Shown here: positions 27,790 through 36,491 of the stretch, one piece after another
How the letters are laid out: every line of letters begins with the position of its first letter
How positions within the stretch are numbered: position 1 is the first letter of the stretch
DNA from: an uncultured Solirubrobacterales bacterium
GTDB lineage: Bacteria > Actinomycetota > Thermoleophilia > Solirubrobacterales > Solirubrobacteraceae
Direction: 5' to 3'
Assembly (NCBI GenBank): GCA_963810645.1
Contig: CAWEOK010000016.1
Coordinates: 60,280 to 124,279 of the forward strand
Length of the DNA: 64,000 nucleotides
Program-made: the position numbers and the translations under genes
Notes under the pieces: model-generated
The model's input: only the letters and a program-made list of their open reading frames with translations
What the model was told of the DNA's origin: nothing
The model's database searches: none

Positions 27790-29772
27790 TCAGGCCGGGG
27801 CGGGTTCGGGCTCACGCGCGCGCGGGGCGCGATTCTCGGTCTCGATGATCACGCGGCACGGGCGCTTTGAGAGCAGATACGTCGCGGTCGGACCGATCCG
27901 CTGCTCGCCGGCGGGCGCGTGGATCGTCAACCAGTAGATCACGTCCGAGCCGACCCGGATCGCTTCCTCGACGAGCGCCGCCCCCGGGTTGCGGGTGCGG
28001 ATCAGGCCGGTATGGATCTTGATCCCGTTACGCCTGGCCTTGATGCGCGCGCTCTCCAGGACAGAGCGGCCCTGCGCCTCCTCCTCCTCCAGGCCCGCGT
28101 CCAGCGATAGCTGGCTGGGCACGGGCAGCACGAAGATCGCATAGACCACGCCGTCCCGGCCGATCAGCTTGGCGGCGCTGGAGAGCGCCTGCGCGGAGAC
28201 ATCCTCGCCGAAGATCGGCACGAGCGCGGTGCGGTAGTCGAGCTCGTGAAAGTCGGCCGGGCGCTCCTCGCGGGGCAGCCTGTAGGACTTGCGCGGATCG
28301 AGTCCCTGGCGGTGGCGGTAGTAGAAGTAGCCGCCCATCCCGAGGACCATCCAGGGGATGCCGACGATCTTCGCCTCGGTGTGCAACACGGTCACGGCGA
28401 CCCATGCCGCGGCCGTGCCGATTCCGCCGATCACGGCGGTCATCGGGATCACCGAGCCTTTGATGCGCACTCCCCATGGGCTCATGTACGGGCGCTCGCG
28501 ATCCGGGTCCTTGACGCGCAGCGCGACGATAGCCGCGTGCGCGGTCGTGAACGAGAGCATCGCGCCGAACGAGTACAGATTGCCGAGCACGCTGGTGTTG
28601 CCGTAGATGATCAGAGTGCTGGCCAGCATCGAGAAGAACACGAGCGTGAACCACGGCGTGCGGTAGGAGGCGTGCAGCCGGGAGAACAGCCGCGGCAGCT
28701 GGCGGTGTTCGGACAGCGACCACGACAGGCGCGAGATCCCGATCATCCCGGCGTTCGTGGCGATGAACAGGATCGTCGCGGCGAGCAGCCCCAGGTAATA
28801 TTTGGCCAGCGTCAGGACCGTGCCGTGCAGTCCGAGGTGTTCGATCACGCCGAGCATCGGATCGTTTTCGAAGAACCCTCCCAGCGAGGTCGCATAGCCG
28901 GGGCTGGAGAACGACTGTTTGAGCTCGTGGCTGTAGCCGACGCCGTGATGCACGACCGGCAGCGCCGACAGCGCGACCATCGAGATGCCCGCGTACACCG
29001 CCAGAACGGCGAGCACAACGAGGTTCACGGCCTTCGGCACCTGCTTGCCGGGGTCCCTGGACTCCTCGGCCATGTTCGCGACGGTCTCGATGCCCGTATA
29101 CGCGAGCATCGCCAGCGACAGCGCGAATATCAGTTCCCGCCACGTCGGCACGCTGCCCAGATGCACCTGGTGCACCAGCAGCGACGGGTTCAGGACGAGC
29201 GCGACCCCGATGCAGACCAGCAGGATCTGCGTGCTGAGATCGAGGACCGCCAGGACGAGGTTGAGCTTGGCCGACTCGCCCAGCCCGCGGATGTTCAGCC
29301 AGGCCAGCAGCGCGACGACGATCAGCCCGCCGAAGATGTCGTCCGGGTTGTGCTTGAGCGGGCCCAGTCCGGGGAACGCGCTCAGGTAGTGCGGGACGAA
29401 GAACGCCGAGATCGCGATCGTCAGGATGTAGTCGAGGCTCAGCGCCCAGCCGGCGAAGAACGAGACGACGTCGTTGAACGCGTGGCGCGCGAACGAGGAG
29501 GAGCCGCCCGCTTCGGGAAACATCGAGGCGCCCTCGGCGTAGGTTTTCGCGGTCAGCGCGAACAACCCGCCGGCGAACAGGAACACCAGCGGGGTGAGTC
29601 CGAGCGCGTGCGCGGCCACCAGACCGAGCGCGTAGTAGATCGAGGAGCCGACGTTCCCGTAGGCGGTCGCGAACATGCCGGACACGCCGACCGATCGGCG
29701 CAGTCCCTGCTCTCTGAGGCGTGCCATCGTCGGCAGCGTATACGCCCGGGGCGGATGCAAAATCCCATTCAT
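27790..29772 (-). CDS. APC-superfamily amino acid permease with a C-terminal universal stress protein (Usp) domain
   Basis: About 12 TM segments with an N-terminal GNVGSSIYYALG motif, then a cytoplasmic C-terminal alpha/beta Usp-like region (ALVPIFGED...LIRTRNPG.ALVEEA...DVIY). An alternative start is the ATG at 29727. Confidence 0.85.
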   Translation of the reverse strand: MNGILHPPRAYTLPTMARLREQGLRRSVGVSGMFATAYGNVGSSIYYALGLVAAHALGLTPLVFLFAGGLFALTAKTYAEGASMFPEAGGSSSFARHAFNDVVSFFAGWALSLDYILTIAISAFFVPHYLSAFPGLGPLKHNPDDIFGGLIVVALLAWLNIRGLGESAKLNLVLAVLDLSTQILLVCIGVALVLNPSLLVHQVHLGSVPTWRELIFALSLAMLAYTGIETVANMAEESRDPGKQVPKAVNLVVLAVLAVYAGISMVALSALPVVHHGVGYSHELKQSFSSPGYATSLGGFFENDPMLGVIEHLGLHGTVLTLAKYYLGLLAATILFIATNAGMIGISRLSWSLSEHRQLPRLFSRLHASYRTPWFTLVFFSMLASTLIIYGNTSVLGNLYSFGAMLSFTTAHAAIVALRVKDPDRERPYMSPWGVRIKGSVIPMTAVIGGIGTAAAWVAVTVLHTEAKIVGIPWMVLGMGGYFYYRHRQGLDPRKSYRLPREERPADFHELDYRTALVPIFGEDVSAQALSSAAKLIGRDGVVYAIFVLPVPSQLSLDAGLEEEEAQGRSVLESARIKARRNGIKIHTGLIRTRNPGAALVEEAIRVGSDVIYWLTIHAPAGEQRIGPTATYLLSKRPCRVIIETENRAPRAREPEPAPA

Positions 29773-29849
29773 CGCACCAGCCCGAGCAGGAACCCGCCGT
29801 ATGATCCCGACGACCCGGGCCCCAACCGACCCCCGGCACTGAGAACGTC

Positions 29850-30341
29850 ATGGAAAGAACGTCACACCGCCGCGGCAACTACGACTCGGGCGAGGATTTC
29901 GTCCTCGAATACGGCGAGCTGCGGTTCACATTCAACGAAGCCGACTTTTCCGAGCGCTGCGAGCAGGCGGCGCTGAAGCTCGGTTTCGTCGGGGGCAGGC
30001 TGGGCTCCGACGAGCTCGAAGACCTCGTCAACCTCGCGGTCAACGGCGAGGTCTACGATCCGGCCTCTGCGCTGGGCGAGCACGTCAACGAGTGCTGGCC
30101 GGAGCTCGTCGGACCGGCCGAGCGCTCGCTCGTGCACTGGTTGCGACGGCTCGTGTTCAGGGGCGCATGGCTCGATCAGCGCGTGAACGAGGGTGAGCTG
30201 GGGGTCTGCTTCGACGAACAGACCGGCGGCTTCGTCTACGTGCAAGCCGCGGGCAGGCGGGACAGCGATTCATCCGTCGGCGGCGAACCGATCGAGCTGG
30301 CGCGCGAGCCCTCCTGGGGCCGCGTCGCCTATCGACGCTAG
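29850..30341 (+). CDS. hypothetical acidic protein (163 aa)
   Basis: This is the only sizeable + ORF in a gap between real genes, and its composition is not the Arg/Ala/Pro-rich antisense type. I recognise no family. Its stop overlaps the rho stop by 4 nt (convergent). Confidence 0.45.
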   Translation: MERTSHRRGNYDSGEDFVLEYGELRFTFNEADFSERCEQAALKLGFVGGRLGSDELEDLVNLAVNGEVYDPASALGEHVNECWPELVGPAERSLVHWLRRLVFRGAWLDQRVNEGELGVCFDEQTGGFVYVQAAGRRDSDSSVGGEPIELAREPSWGRVAYRR

Positions 30342-31534
30342 CCTGCGGCCTGGAGCGCGCTGGCGCGGGCCTGTGCGATCGCCCTGGCGCCCTCCTCGCC
30401 GACGAGCAGCTCGGCGCGCACGGTCCCACTGGCTGTGAGGTCAAGGGGTGGTCCGCCGGTGCCGACAAGCGCGGGGTCCAGGGCGATGACGGTCGTCTCC
30501 CCGCCGAACGGCCTGGTGGCGGTAGCGAGGATCGTCAGCGATCCGCCGTCGCCGAGGTTGCGTGCGGCCGCGAGCACGCGACGGGCCGTGTGCGGGTGCA
30601 GCCCGTCGAGGGTGTCGATCAGCACGAGCGCGTCCCCCCCGCGCGCGGCGGTGCGCTTGGCTGTCTCGATCGCGCGCTCTACCGTCTGACCCTGGGTGTC
30701 CGCCGAGGCGGCAAAGCTGAGCGCCGTCGCGGGCGCCACGGGACCCTCGCCCCACTCGGCGATCTCCTCGGGCCGAACGCCGGCGAGCACGAGCGTCACC
30801 TCGAGACCCTCGCGGCCTGCCAGCACACCCAGCAGACGCCTGAGGATCTCTGTCTTGCCGGAGCGCGCGGGGCCGGCGATCACAGCCCGCGAGCCACGAC
30901 CGAAGGGTGTGAGCCACTCGATCGCCTCGAGCGTCGAGTCACCGCCATCCAGTGCCAGGCGCTCGCTTGGGTAGGCGACGGGGCGCTCGTCGTAGTGAGG
31001 ACCCTCGGACACCTCACCGGCGGGGGCGCCGTTGATCGTCTCGACGCGGACCAGCGAGGGGTAGCGCTCTGAGCGCCGCGGTGTGCGCAGCGGCCCGGTG
31101 ACGCGATCGCCGGAGACGAGCTCGCAGCGACGGACCTGCGCGGCGGAGATGTAGACGTCTTCGTCGGAGGCGTCCGGCGGATGCACGCGCAGGAAAGCCG
31201 AGCCGTTGCCCAGCAGCTCGACGACGCCCTCGGCGGCGCGATCCTCGCCATCCGAGCGATCCTCTTCAGAGGACCTGGGCGCTTTGGCTGCCCGCCCTGC
31301 ACCCCGGGAGCGGTCTTTCGCGGGACGGTCCTTTGCGGGGTCATCCTTTGCGGGATGATCCTCCGCGCCGGGGAAGCTCGTCCGTGTCCTTGGTCTGGGA
31401 GCGTCGCGAGCGGCGCCCGCGCGTGCTCGAGCGCCGGCGCGCACCCTCCGCGGGAGCGTCCCCGCCGTCAACGGGTGTGTCTGCGGCGGATCCGTCGCTC
31501 GCCGTGTCCGCCGAGGCGGCGGTGGACGGTTCAC
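30338..31534 (-). CDS. rho: transcription termination factor Rho, main frame (CSD-like RNA-binding domain plus P-loop ATPase). The 5' part of this ORF is out of frame with the Rho_N segment.
   Basis: GVVELLGNGSAFLRV...DVYISAAQVRRCELVSGDRVTG (Rho CSD), GSRAVIAGPARSGKT (Walker A), ALVLIDTLD (Walker B), GGSLTILATA. Confidence 0.8.
   Translation of the reverse strand: MNRPPPPRRTRRATDPPQTHPLTAGTLPRRVRAGARARAGAARDAPRPRTRTSFPGAEDHPAKDDPAKDRPAKDRSRGAGRAAKAPRSSEEDRSDGEDRAAEGVVELLGNGSAFLRVHPPDASDEDVYISAAQVRRCELVSGDRVTGPLRTPRRSERYPSLVRVETINGAPAGEVSEGPHYDERPVAYPSERLALDGGDSTLEAIEWLTPFGRGSRAVIAGPARSGKTEILRRLLGVLAGREGLEVTLVLAGVRPEEIAEWGEGPVAPATALSFAASADTQGQTVERAIETAKRTAARGGDALVLIDTLDGLHPHTARRVLAAARNLGDGGSLTILATATRPFGGETTVIALDPALVGTGGPPLDLTASGTVRAELLVGEEGARAIAQARASALQAAG
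31310..31354. repeat. 3 x 15-nt tandem repeat inside the rho linker, encoding PAKDD/PAKDR/PAKDR
   Basis: The minus strand reads cccgcaaaggatgac cccgcaaaggaccgt cccgcgaaagaccgc. Confidence 0.85.
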
Positions 31535-31733
31535 CGAGGATCGCGTCGATCAGATCGGCCTTGCGCAGCCGGCGAAATCCGTCGAGACCGAGCTGGTCGG
31601 CAATCGCGTGCAAATCTGCCAGCGGGCTGGCCTGCAGCTCGGAGCGGTCGAATACTGCCATGGTTGTGCTTCTCCTTCGTCTGGTGGATTGGGCGGTTGG
31701 CGCCCGGCCGCGTTGCGGGTCAGCGGCCGGCAC
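31341..31733 (-). CDS. rho: Rho N-terminal (Rho_N) domain plus Arg-rich linker, in a different frame from the rest of rho
   Basis: MAVFDRSELQASPLADLHAIADQLGLDGFRRLRKADLIDAIL is the Rho_N helix bundle signature, followed by an RRRSSTRGRRSRR linker. The frame stops at 31341. Confidence 0.75.
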   Translation of the reverse strand: MPAADPQRGRAPTAQSTRRRRSTTMAVFDRSELQASPLADLHAIADQLGLDGFRRLRKADLIDAILGEPSTAASADTASDGSAADTPVDGGDAPAEGARRRSSTRGRRSRRSQTKDTDELPRRGGSSRKG

Positions 31734-31792
31734 CCGTATGTGAACCCTAGCGCGCGCGCCGGCCAGGTCTCGGCTGAGTCGGCCGGCGAGGA

Positions 31793-32695
31793 CTAACGCT
31801 CGTAGCGAAGTTCCTCGGCGAGCTCCAGATCCCTGCCGGGATCCAGCTCCCCGCGCAACGCTGCGCGCACCGCGATGTAGTCGGCGGCGGCCGCGACATC
31901 GTGCACCCGGAAGATGTGCGCTCCCCGATCGAGCCCGTCGGCCAGCGCCGCCAGTGTCCCTGCCAGACGCTCGCGCGGCGGACGTGAGGTGAGCGCTCCG
32001 ATGAAGTCCTTGCGCGAGATCGCCAGCAGCAGCGGCCGGCCCAGCTCGTGCAGGCGTCCGACGTTCGCGAGCAGGGCAATCGTCTGTGCGGGGGTCTTGG
32101 CAAAGTCCGGACCCGGGTCGAGGATCAACTGCTCGAACGAGACGCCCGCGCCGAGTGCCAGCTCGATGCGGGCGCGCAGAAACGCGAGCACCTCACCGGT
32201 CACGTCCTCGCCGTATAGATCCGGATCCTGCAGGCGTTGCTTGGGCACGGCGAGCGTGTGCATCAGCACGAGCGCCACACCGGTCTGCGCACACACCGCG
32301 GCGAGCTCCGGATCGCGCAGGCCGGAGACGTCGTTGACGATGCTCGCGCCGGCGGCGATCGCGGCGCGGGCGACCGCCGGCTTGTATGTGTCGACCGAGA
32401 CGGTCACACCCAGCTCGGCGACGATCCGCTCAATCGGTGGGACGACGCGGTCGATCTCGAGCTCGACCGACACGGGTGGAACCCCGGTGCGCGCGGACTC
32501 GCCGCCCACGTCGAGGATGTCGGCGCCCGCCTGCACCAGCTCGCGGGCGAGGCGCAGCTGCCGATCGAGAGTCGCCGCGGAGCCGTCGTCGCTGAACGAG
32601 TCCGGTGAGGCGTTGACGATGCCCATCAGCAGCGGCCGCTCGCCGAGTCGCAGGGTGCGCTCGCCCGCGCGTAGCACGTAGGTTTTGGCGCTCAT
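31793..32695 (-). CDS. folP: dihydropteroate synthase
   Basis: From the ATG at 32693-32695 the product reads MSAKTYV...LMGIVNASPDSFSDDG...DILDVGGESARTG...SVDTYK. The upstream part of the 494-aa ORF overlaps glpD in another frame. Confidence 0.9.
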   Translation of the reverse strand: MSAKTYVLRAGERTLRLGERPLLMGIVNASPDSFSDDGSAATLDRQLRLARELVQAGADILDVGGESARTGVPPVSVELEIDRVVPPIERIVAELGVTVSVDTYKPAVARAAIAAGASIVNDVSGLRDPELAAVCAQTGVALVLMHTLAVPKQRLQDPDLYGEDVTGEVLAFLRARIELALGAGVSFEQLILDPGPDFAKTPAQTIALLANVGRLHELGRPLLLAISRKDFIGALTSRPPRERLAGTLAALADGLDRGAHIFRVHDVAAAADYIAVRAALRGELDPGRDLELAEELRYER

Positions 32696-32747
32696 GCCGG
32701 GCTCACGCCGGGTTGGCTCATGCCGTTTGCACTGGTTCCGGCTGGAC

Positions 32748-34541
32748 TCACGCCGGCCGGACTCCCTCGGGCGAAGCCGCCTCTGGCTGCTCCGCTCCCG
32801 AACCTGTCTCCCGCGCAGGCTCGCCGTCCGGACGGTTACCCTCGGCGTCGGCTTCGGCCGCGAACCGCTCGATCTCCCGCTCAGTGCGTGCATCGTCCCA
32901 GCCGAGCTCGCGCGCCAGCACGCCGGCCACGCGATTGATCGGATTGCCCACCCCGCCCAGCTCCCGCGCGGCCAGCAGCCCCAGCCGGGTGCGGCGCAGC
33001 AGCACATCCCCGATGGTGAGCGCCTGCTCGCGACGGGCGGCGAGCGCGACCTCGGCCAGGAGGTCCGGCAGACCCGGGACGATCGGCTGGGCCAGCTCGG
33101 GGTGGGCGGGACTTCCTTCCCCCGCGAGCGCGAGCACCTCGTGAGCGGCATAGCCGTACCGGCCGGCCAGGGAAGCGTATGACTCTGCCGGCACGCCCTC
33201 CACGCGTGGTAGCTCCTCGGCGGAGATCGCCTGCCCAAGCGGGATCTCGTGGGTATGACAGGGCGCGTCGCGGGCATCGCGCTGCACGAGACGATCCACG
33301 GTCAGCTTGGCCATCCGCCGCCAGGTGGTCAGCTTGCCGCCCGTGATTGTGAGCATCCCAGACTCGGCCTCGTACAGCTCGGCGCGCCGGGAGATGTCGA
33401 CCGACTTCTTCGGGTCGCCGCTGGAGATCAGGGGTCGCACGCCGGCGAACGCGCCAACCAGATCACGCGGTGCAAAGGAGGCGCCGAAGAACTCGTTGAT
33501 CGCCTGAAGCAGGTAGTCGATGTCCTCCGCGGAGCTGTGCACGTGCTCCAGCTCGCCCTCGTAGTCGCGATCGGTCGTGCCGATCAGCGTGCGCCCGAGC
33601 CAGGGCAGCGCGAAGATCGTGCGTCCCGACCCGGCCGGGACGATCGCGCCGCCCAGTAGCGGCAGATCCTCGTGGCGCAGCAGGATGTGGGTACCACGGC
33701 TGGGTCGGATAATTGGGACCCGCCCGCCGCCTGGTTCGGACCCGTCATTGGCGTCCTCGCCCGAACCGTGCTGGGACGCACCGTCGGCGGAAGCGGAGGG
33801 GGGCGCCCCCAACCGGTCGGCCCAGACTCCCGTCGCGTTGACGACGTTCGCGGCGCGCACTTCGAGCTCATCCCCATTCAGGCCGTCACGCACGCGCACG
33901 CCGCATGCCCGTCCGTCGCGCTCGATCAGACTCAGCGCCTGCACGCGGTTGGCAGCGACCGCGCCGAAACGCTCGGCCTCGCCGAGGACGGTCAACACCA
34001 GGCGGACGTCGTCGGTCTGGCAGTCGTAGAACAGGTACCCGCTGGTCGGCTCGCGCGCGGTGAGCGCGGGCAGCAGCTCGAGCACTTCCTCGCCGGAGAT
34101 CACGCGGTGGCGCTCGGGACTCCAGGACTCGGACTCGCCCCGGCGCGAGCGCAGCCGATCCCGATCGAGCGACATCGCGTCATACAAATTCAGCCCGACT
34201 CCCATCAGCCGGTCCGGACGGGCGCCGTCGAACGCGGGCACGACCAGCGGCAGCGGATGCACGAGGTGCGGTGCCAGCGCGACCATCAGCTGGCGCTCGA
34301 GCAGCGCCTCGCGGACGAGGCTCAGGTCGAAGTTCTGCAGGTAGCGCAGCCCGCCGTGGACCAGCTTGCTGGAGCGGCTGGAGGTCCCGGCGGCATAGTC
34401 GGCGCGCTCGACCAGCGCGACGCTGAAGCCGCGCGTGGCGGCGTCCAGCGCCACGCCCGCCCCGGTGATCCCACCGCCGACGACGACGACGTCGAACTCG
34501 TTCTCGGACAGGGCCGCGATGGCCTGGGCACGCTCGATCAC
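32748..34541 (-). CDS. glpD: FAD-dependent glycerol-3-phosphate dehydrogenase
   Basis: DVVVVGGGITGAGVALDAATRG..VALVE..D.A.GTSSRSSKLVHGGLRYL. Confidence 0.9.
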   Translation of the reverse strand: MIERAQAIAALSENEFDVVVVGGGITGAGVALDAATRGFSVALVERADYAAGTSSRSSKLVHGGLRYLQNFDLSLVREALLERQLMVALAPHLVHPLPLVVPAFDGARPDRLMGVGLNLYDAMSLDRDRLRSRRGESESWSPERHRVISGEEVLELLPALTAREPTSGYLFYDCQTDDVRLVLTVLGEAERFGAVAANRVQALSLIERDGRACGVRVRDGLNGDELEVRAANVVNATGVWADRLGAPPSASADGASQHGSGEDANDGSEPGGGRVPIIRPSRGTHILLRHEDLPLLGGAIVPAGSGRTIFALPWLGRTLIGTTDRDYEGELEHVHSSAEDIDYLLQAINEFFGASFAPRDLVGAFAGVRPLISSGDPKKSVDISRRAELYEAESGMLTITGGKLTTWRRMAKLTVDRLVQRDARDAPCHTHEIPLGQAISAEELPRVEGVPAESYASLAGRYGYAAHEVLALAGEGSPAHPELAQPIVPGLPDLLAEVALAARREQALTIGDVLLRRTRLGLLAARELGGVGNPINRVAGVLARELGWDDARTEREIERFAAEADAEGNRPDGEPARETGSGAEQPEAASPEGVRPA

Positions 34542-34581
34542 GCGCCCAGTCTCGCAGAGGAAGGGGGGCGGGACTCGATAC

Positions 34582-36090
34582 TCAGAGCTGGGCGAGCTCG
34601 GCGGTGATCTCGCTCACCGCGGACTTGGCGTCGCCGAACAGCATCGAGGTCTTCGGGTCGAAGTACAGCTCGTTCTCGATGCCCGCGAACCCGGGGTTCA
34701 TCGAGCGCTTGATCACGATCACCGAACGGCTGTCGGCGACCTCGAGGATCGGCATGCCGTAGATCGGCGAGCTGGGTGTGTTCTTCGCCGCCGGGTTGGT
34801 CACGTCGTTGGCGCCGATCACAAGCGACACGTCGGTGCGGGAGAACTCGGGGTTGGCGTCGTCCATCTCCTTGAGCTGGTCATACGGAACATCGGCCTCG
34901 GCGAGCAGCACGTTCATGTGCCCGGGCATGCGCCCGGCGACCGGGTGGATCGCGTAGCTGACCTCCACCCCGCGCGCCTCGAGCTCCTTGGTCAGCTCAC
35001 GCACGGCGTGCTGGGCCTGGGCGACGGCCATGCCGTAGCCGGGGACGACGACCACGCGGCTGGCGTAGGCGAGCTGAATCGCGGCGTCGGCAGCGCCGAT
35101 CGAGCGCACCGTACCCGCGTGCTCCCCCGCCCCGCTGGCGCCCTCGACCGCCCCGCCGCCGCCAAACCCGCCGGCGACGATCGCCGGGATCGAGCGGTTC
35201 ATCGCGCTCGCCATCAGGCGGGTCAGGATCGTGCCCGACGCACCGACGATCATGCCCGCGACGATCAGCGCCGGGTTGTTGAGAGCCATGCCGGTGGCCG
35301 CCGCGGACAGGCCGGTGAAGGCGTTCAGCAGCGAGATCACGACCGGCATGTCCGCCCCGCCGATCGGCAGCACCACGGCGTTGCCGAGCAGCGCGGCGAC
35401 GATCAGCATGCCGATGAACAGCAGTTCCGAATGCGCTCCATTGACCAAGGCGACGCCCGCAGCGACGGCAAGGATCAACAGCACGAAGTTGACGATCTGC
35501 TGGGCGGAGCCGAAGGAGATAGGACGCCCAGGGATGATTTCCTGGAGCTTGCCGAACGCGATGTTCGAGCCCCAGAACGAGATCGAACCGACGATCGCGG
35601 CGAACACCGAGAATATTGCGACGTACGTCGGCACTCCCCCGATCTGGATAGATGCGCCGCTCTGCAACACGAGGCCGCTCGGGAATTCGTGGGCGAAGTT
35701 GATCGTGTGCGAACCGTAGGTCGAGCCGTGGTGGCGGAACTCGACCCATGAGATCAGCGCCACCGCGCCACCGCCGACGCCGTTGAACAGCGCGACCATC
35801 TGCGGCATCGCGGTCATCTTCACCTGGCGTGCCGCCGGCACCCCGACGGCCACGCCGAGGGCGATACCGAGCGCGATCAGGCCCCAGTTGCCCTCGCCGG
35901 GGTTCAGCAGGGTGGCGATCACCGCGATCGCCATGCCGACCGCCGCGGTGCGATTGCCGCGCACTGCGCTGGTCGGTCCAGCGAGCCCGCGCAGGCCCTG
36001 GATGAACAGGGCGAACGCGACGATGTACAGAACGTAGATGAAGCTTTCGCTCTGCAGGAACGTGCTCGCCAGCGGCAGCGCGGCGATCAT
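34582..36090 (-). CDS. pntB: NAD(P) transhydrogenase subunit beta
   Basis: Polytopic N-terminus plus the dIII domain (VPGYGMAVAQAQH...HPVAGRMPGHMNVLLAEA). Confidence 0.95.
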   Translation of the reverse strand: MIAALPLASTFLQSESFIYVLYIVAFALFIQGLRGLAGPTSAVRGNRTAAVGMAIAVIATLLNPGEGNWGLIALGIALGVAVGVPAARQVKMTAMPQMVALFNGVGGGAVALISWVEFRHHGSTYGSHTINFAHEFPSGLVLQSGASIQIGGVPTYVAIFSVFAAIVGSISFWGSNIAFGKLQEIIPGRPISFGSAQQIVNFVLLILAVAAGVALVNGAHSELLFIGMLIVAALLGNAVVLPIGGADMPVVISLLNAFTGLSAAATGMALNNPALIVAGMIVGASGTILTRLMASAMNRSIPAIVAGGFGGGGAVEGASGAGEHAGTVRSIGAADAAIQLAYASRVVVVPGYGMAVAQAQHAVRELTKELEARGVEVSYAIHPVAGRMPGHMNVLLAEADVPYDQLKEMDDANPEFSRTDVSLVIGANDVTNPAAKNTPSSPIYGMPILEVADSRSVIVIKRSMNPGFAGIENELYFDPKTSMLFGDAKSAVSEITAELAQL

Positions 36091-36491
36091 GCGGCGCCCC
36101 CCTTACCATCGCCCTCGCCGAGGTCTCCCGCACCCGGTTTGCCGCCGGCGCCACCGCCGCCTGTGCCGGCGCCCTCCCCGTCCTTCGCGGACGGCGGCTT
36201 GGGCTTTGACTTGAACATCTCGAGCATGCGATCGGTGACGAGGAACCCACCGACGATGTTGATCGTGCCGAACGCCACCGCGATCACCAGCAGCGCCTTG
36301 CTGAAAGCATCCAGACCCGCGAGCCCGAGTAGCAGCAGGCCGCCGAGCAGCACGATCCCGTGGATCGCGTTCGTCCCCGACATCAGCGGCGTGTGCAGGG
36401 TGTTCGGAACCTTCGAGATCACCACGAACCCGATGAATCCGGCGAGTACGAGGATCGCGAGGTTGGTTGTGAGCGTGCTGGCGAGGATCAT
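36087..36491 (-). CDS. pntAB: NAD(P) transhydrogenase subunit alpha, part 2 (membrane)
   Basis: LAGFIGF.VISKVP..LHTPLMSGTNAIHGIV. ATGA overlaps with both neighbours. It has a Gly/Lys-rich C-terminal tail. Confidence 0.9.
   Translation of the reverse strand: MILASTLTTNLAILVLAGFIGFVVISKVPNTLHTPLMSGTNAIHGIVLLGGLLLLGLAGLDAFSKALLVIAVAFGTINIVGGFLVTDRMLEMFKSKPKPPSAKDGEGAGTGGGGAGGKPGAGDLGEGDGKGGAA

Noticed and set aside
28028-29878. 616-aa minus-strand ORF and 576-aa + ORF (28246-29976) overlapping the permease gene
   Set aside because: These are an alternate frame and the antisense strand of the APC permease gene. The permease frame shows about 12 clean TM helices and a Usp domain, whereas these frames are Arg/Gly/Pro-rich.
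32696-33277. 5' extension of the folP maximal ORF, and likewise the 63319-63690 extension of the MFS ORF
   Set aside because: The extensions overlap glpD (or run into the divergent promoter region) and are Arg/Ser/Pro-rich. Family homology begins at the internal ATGs.
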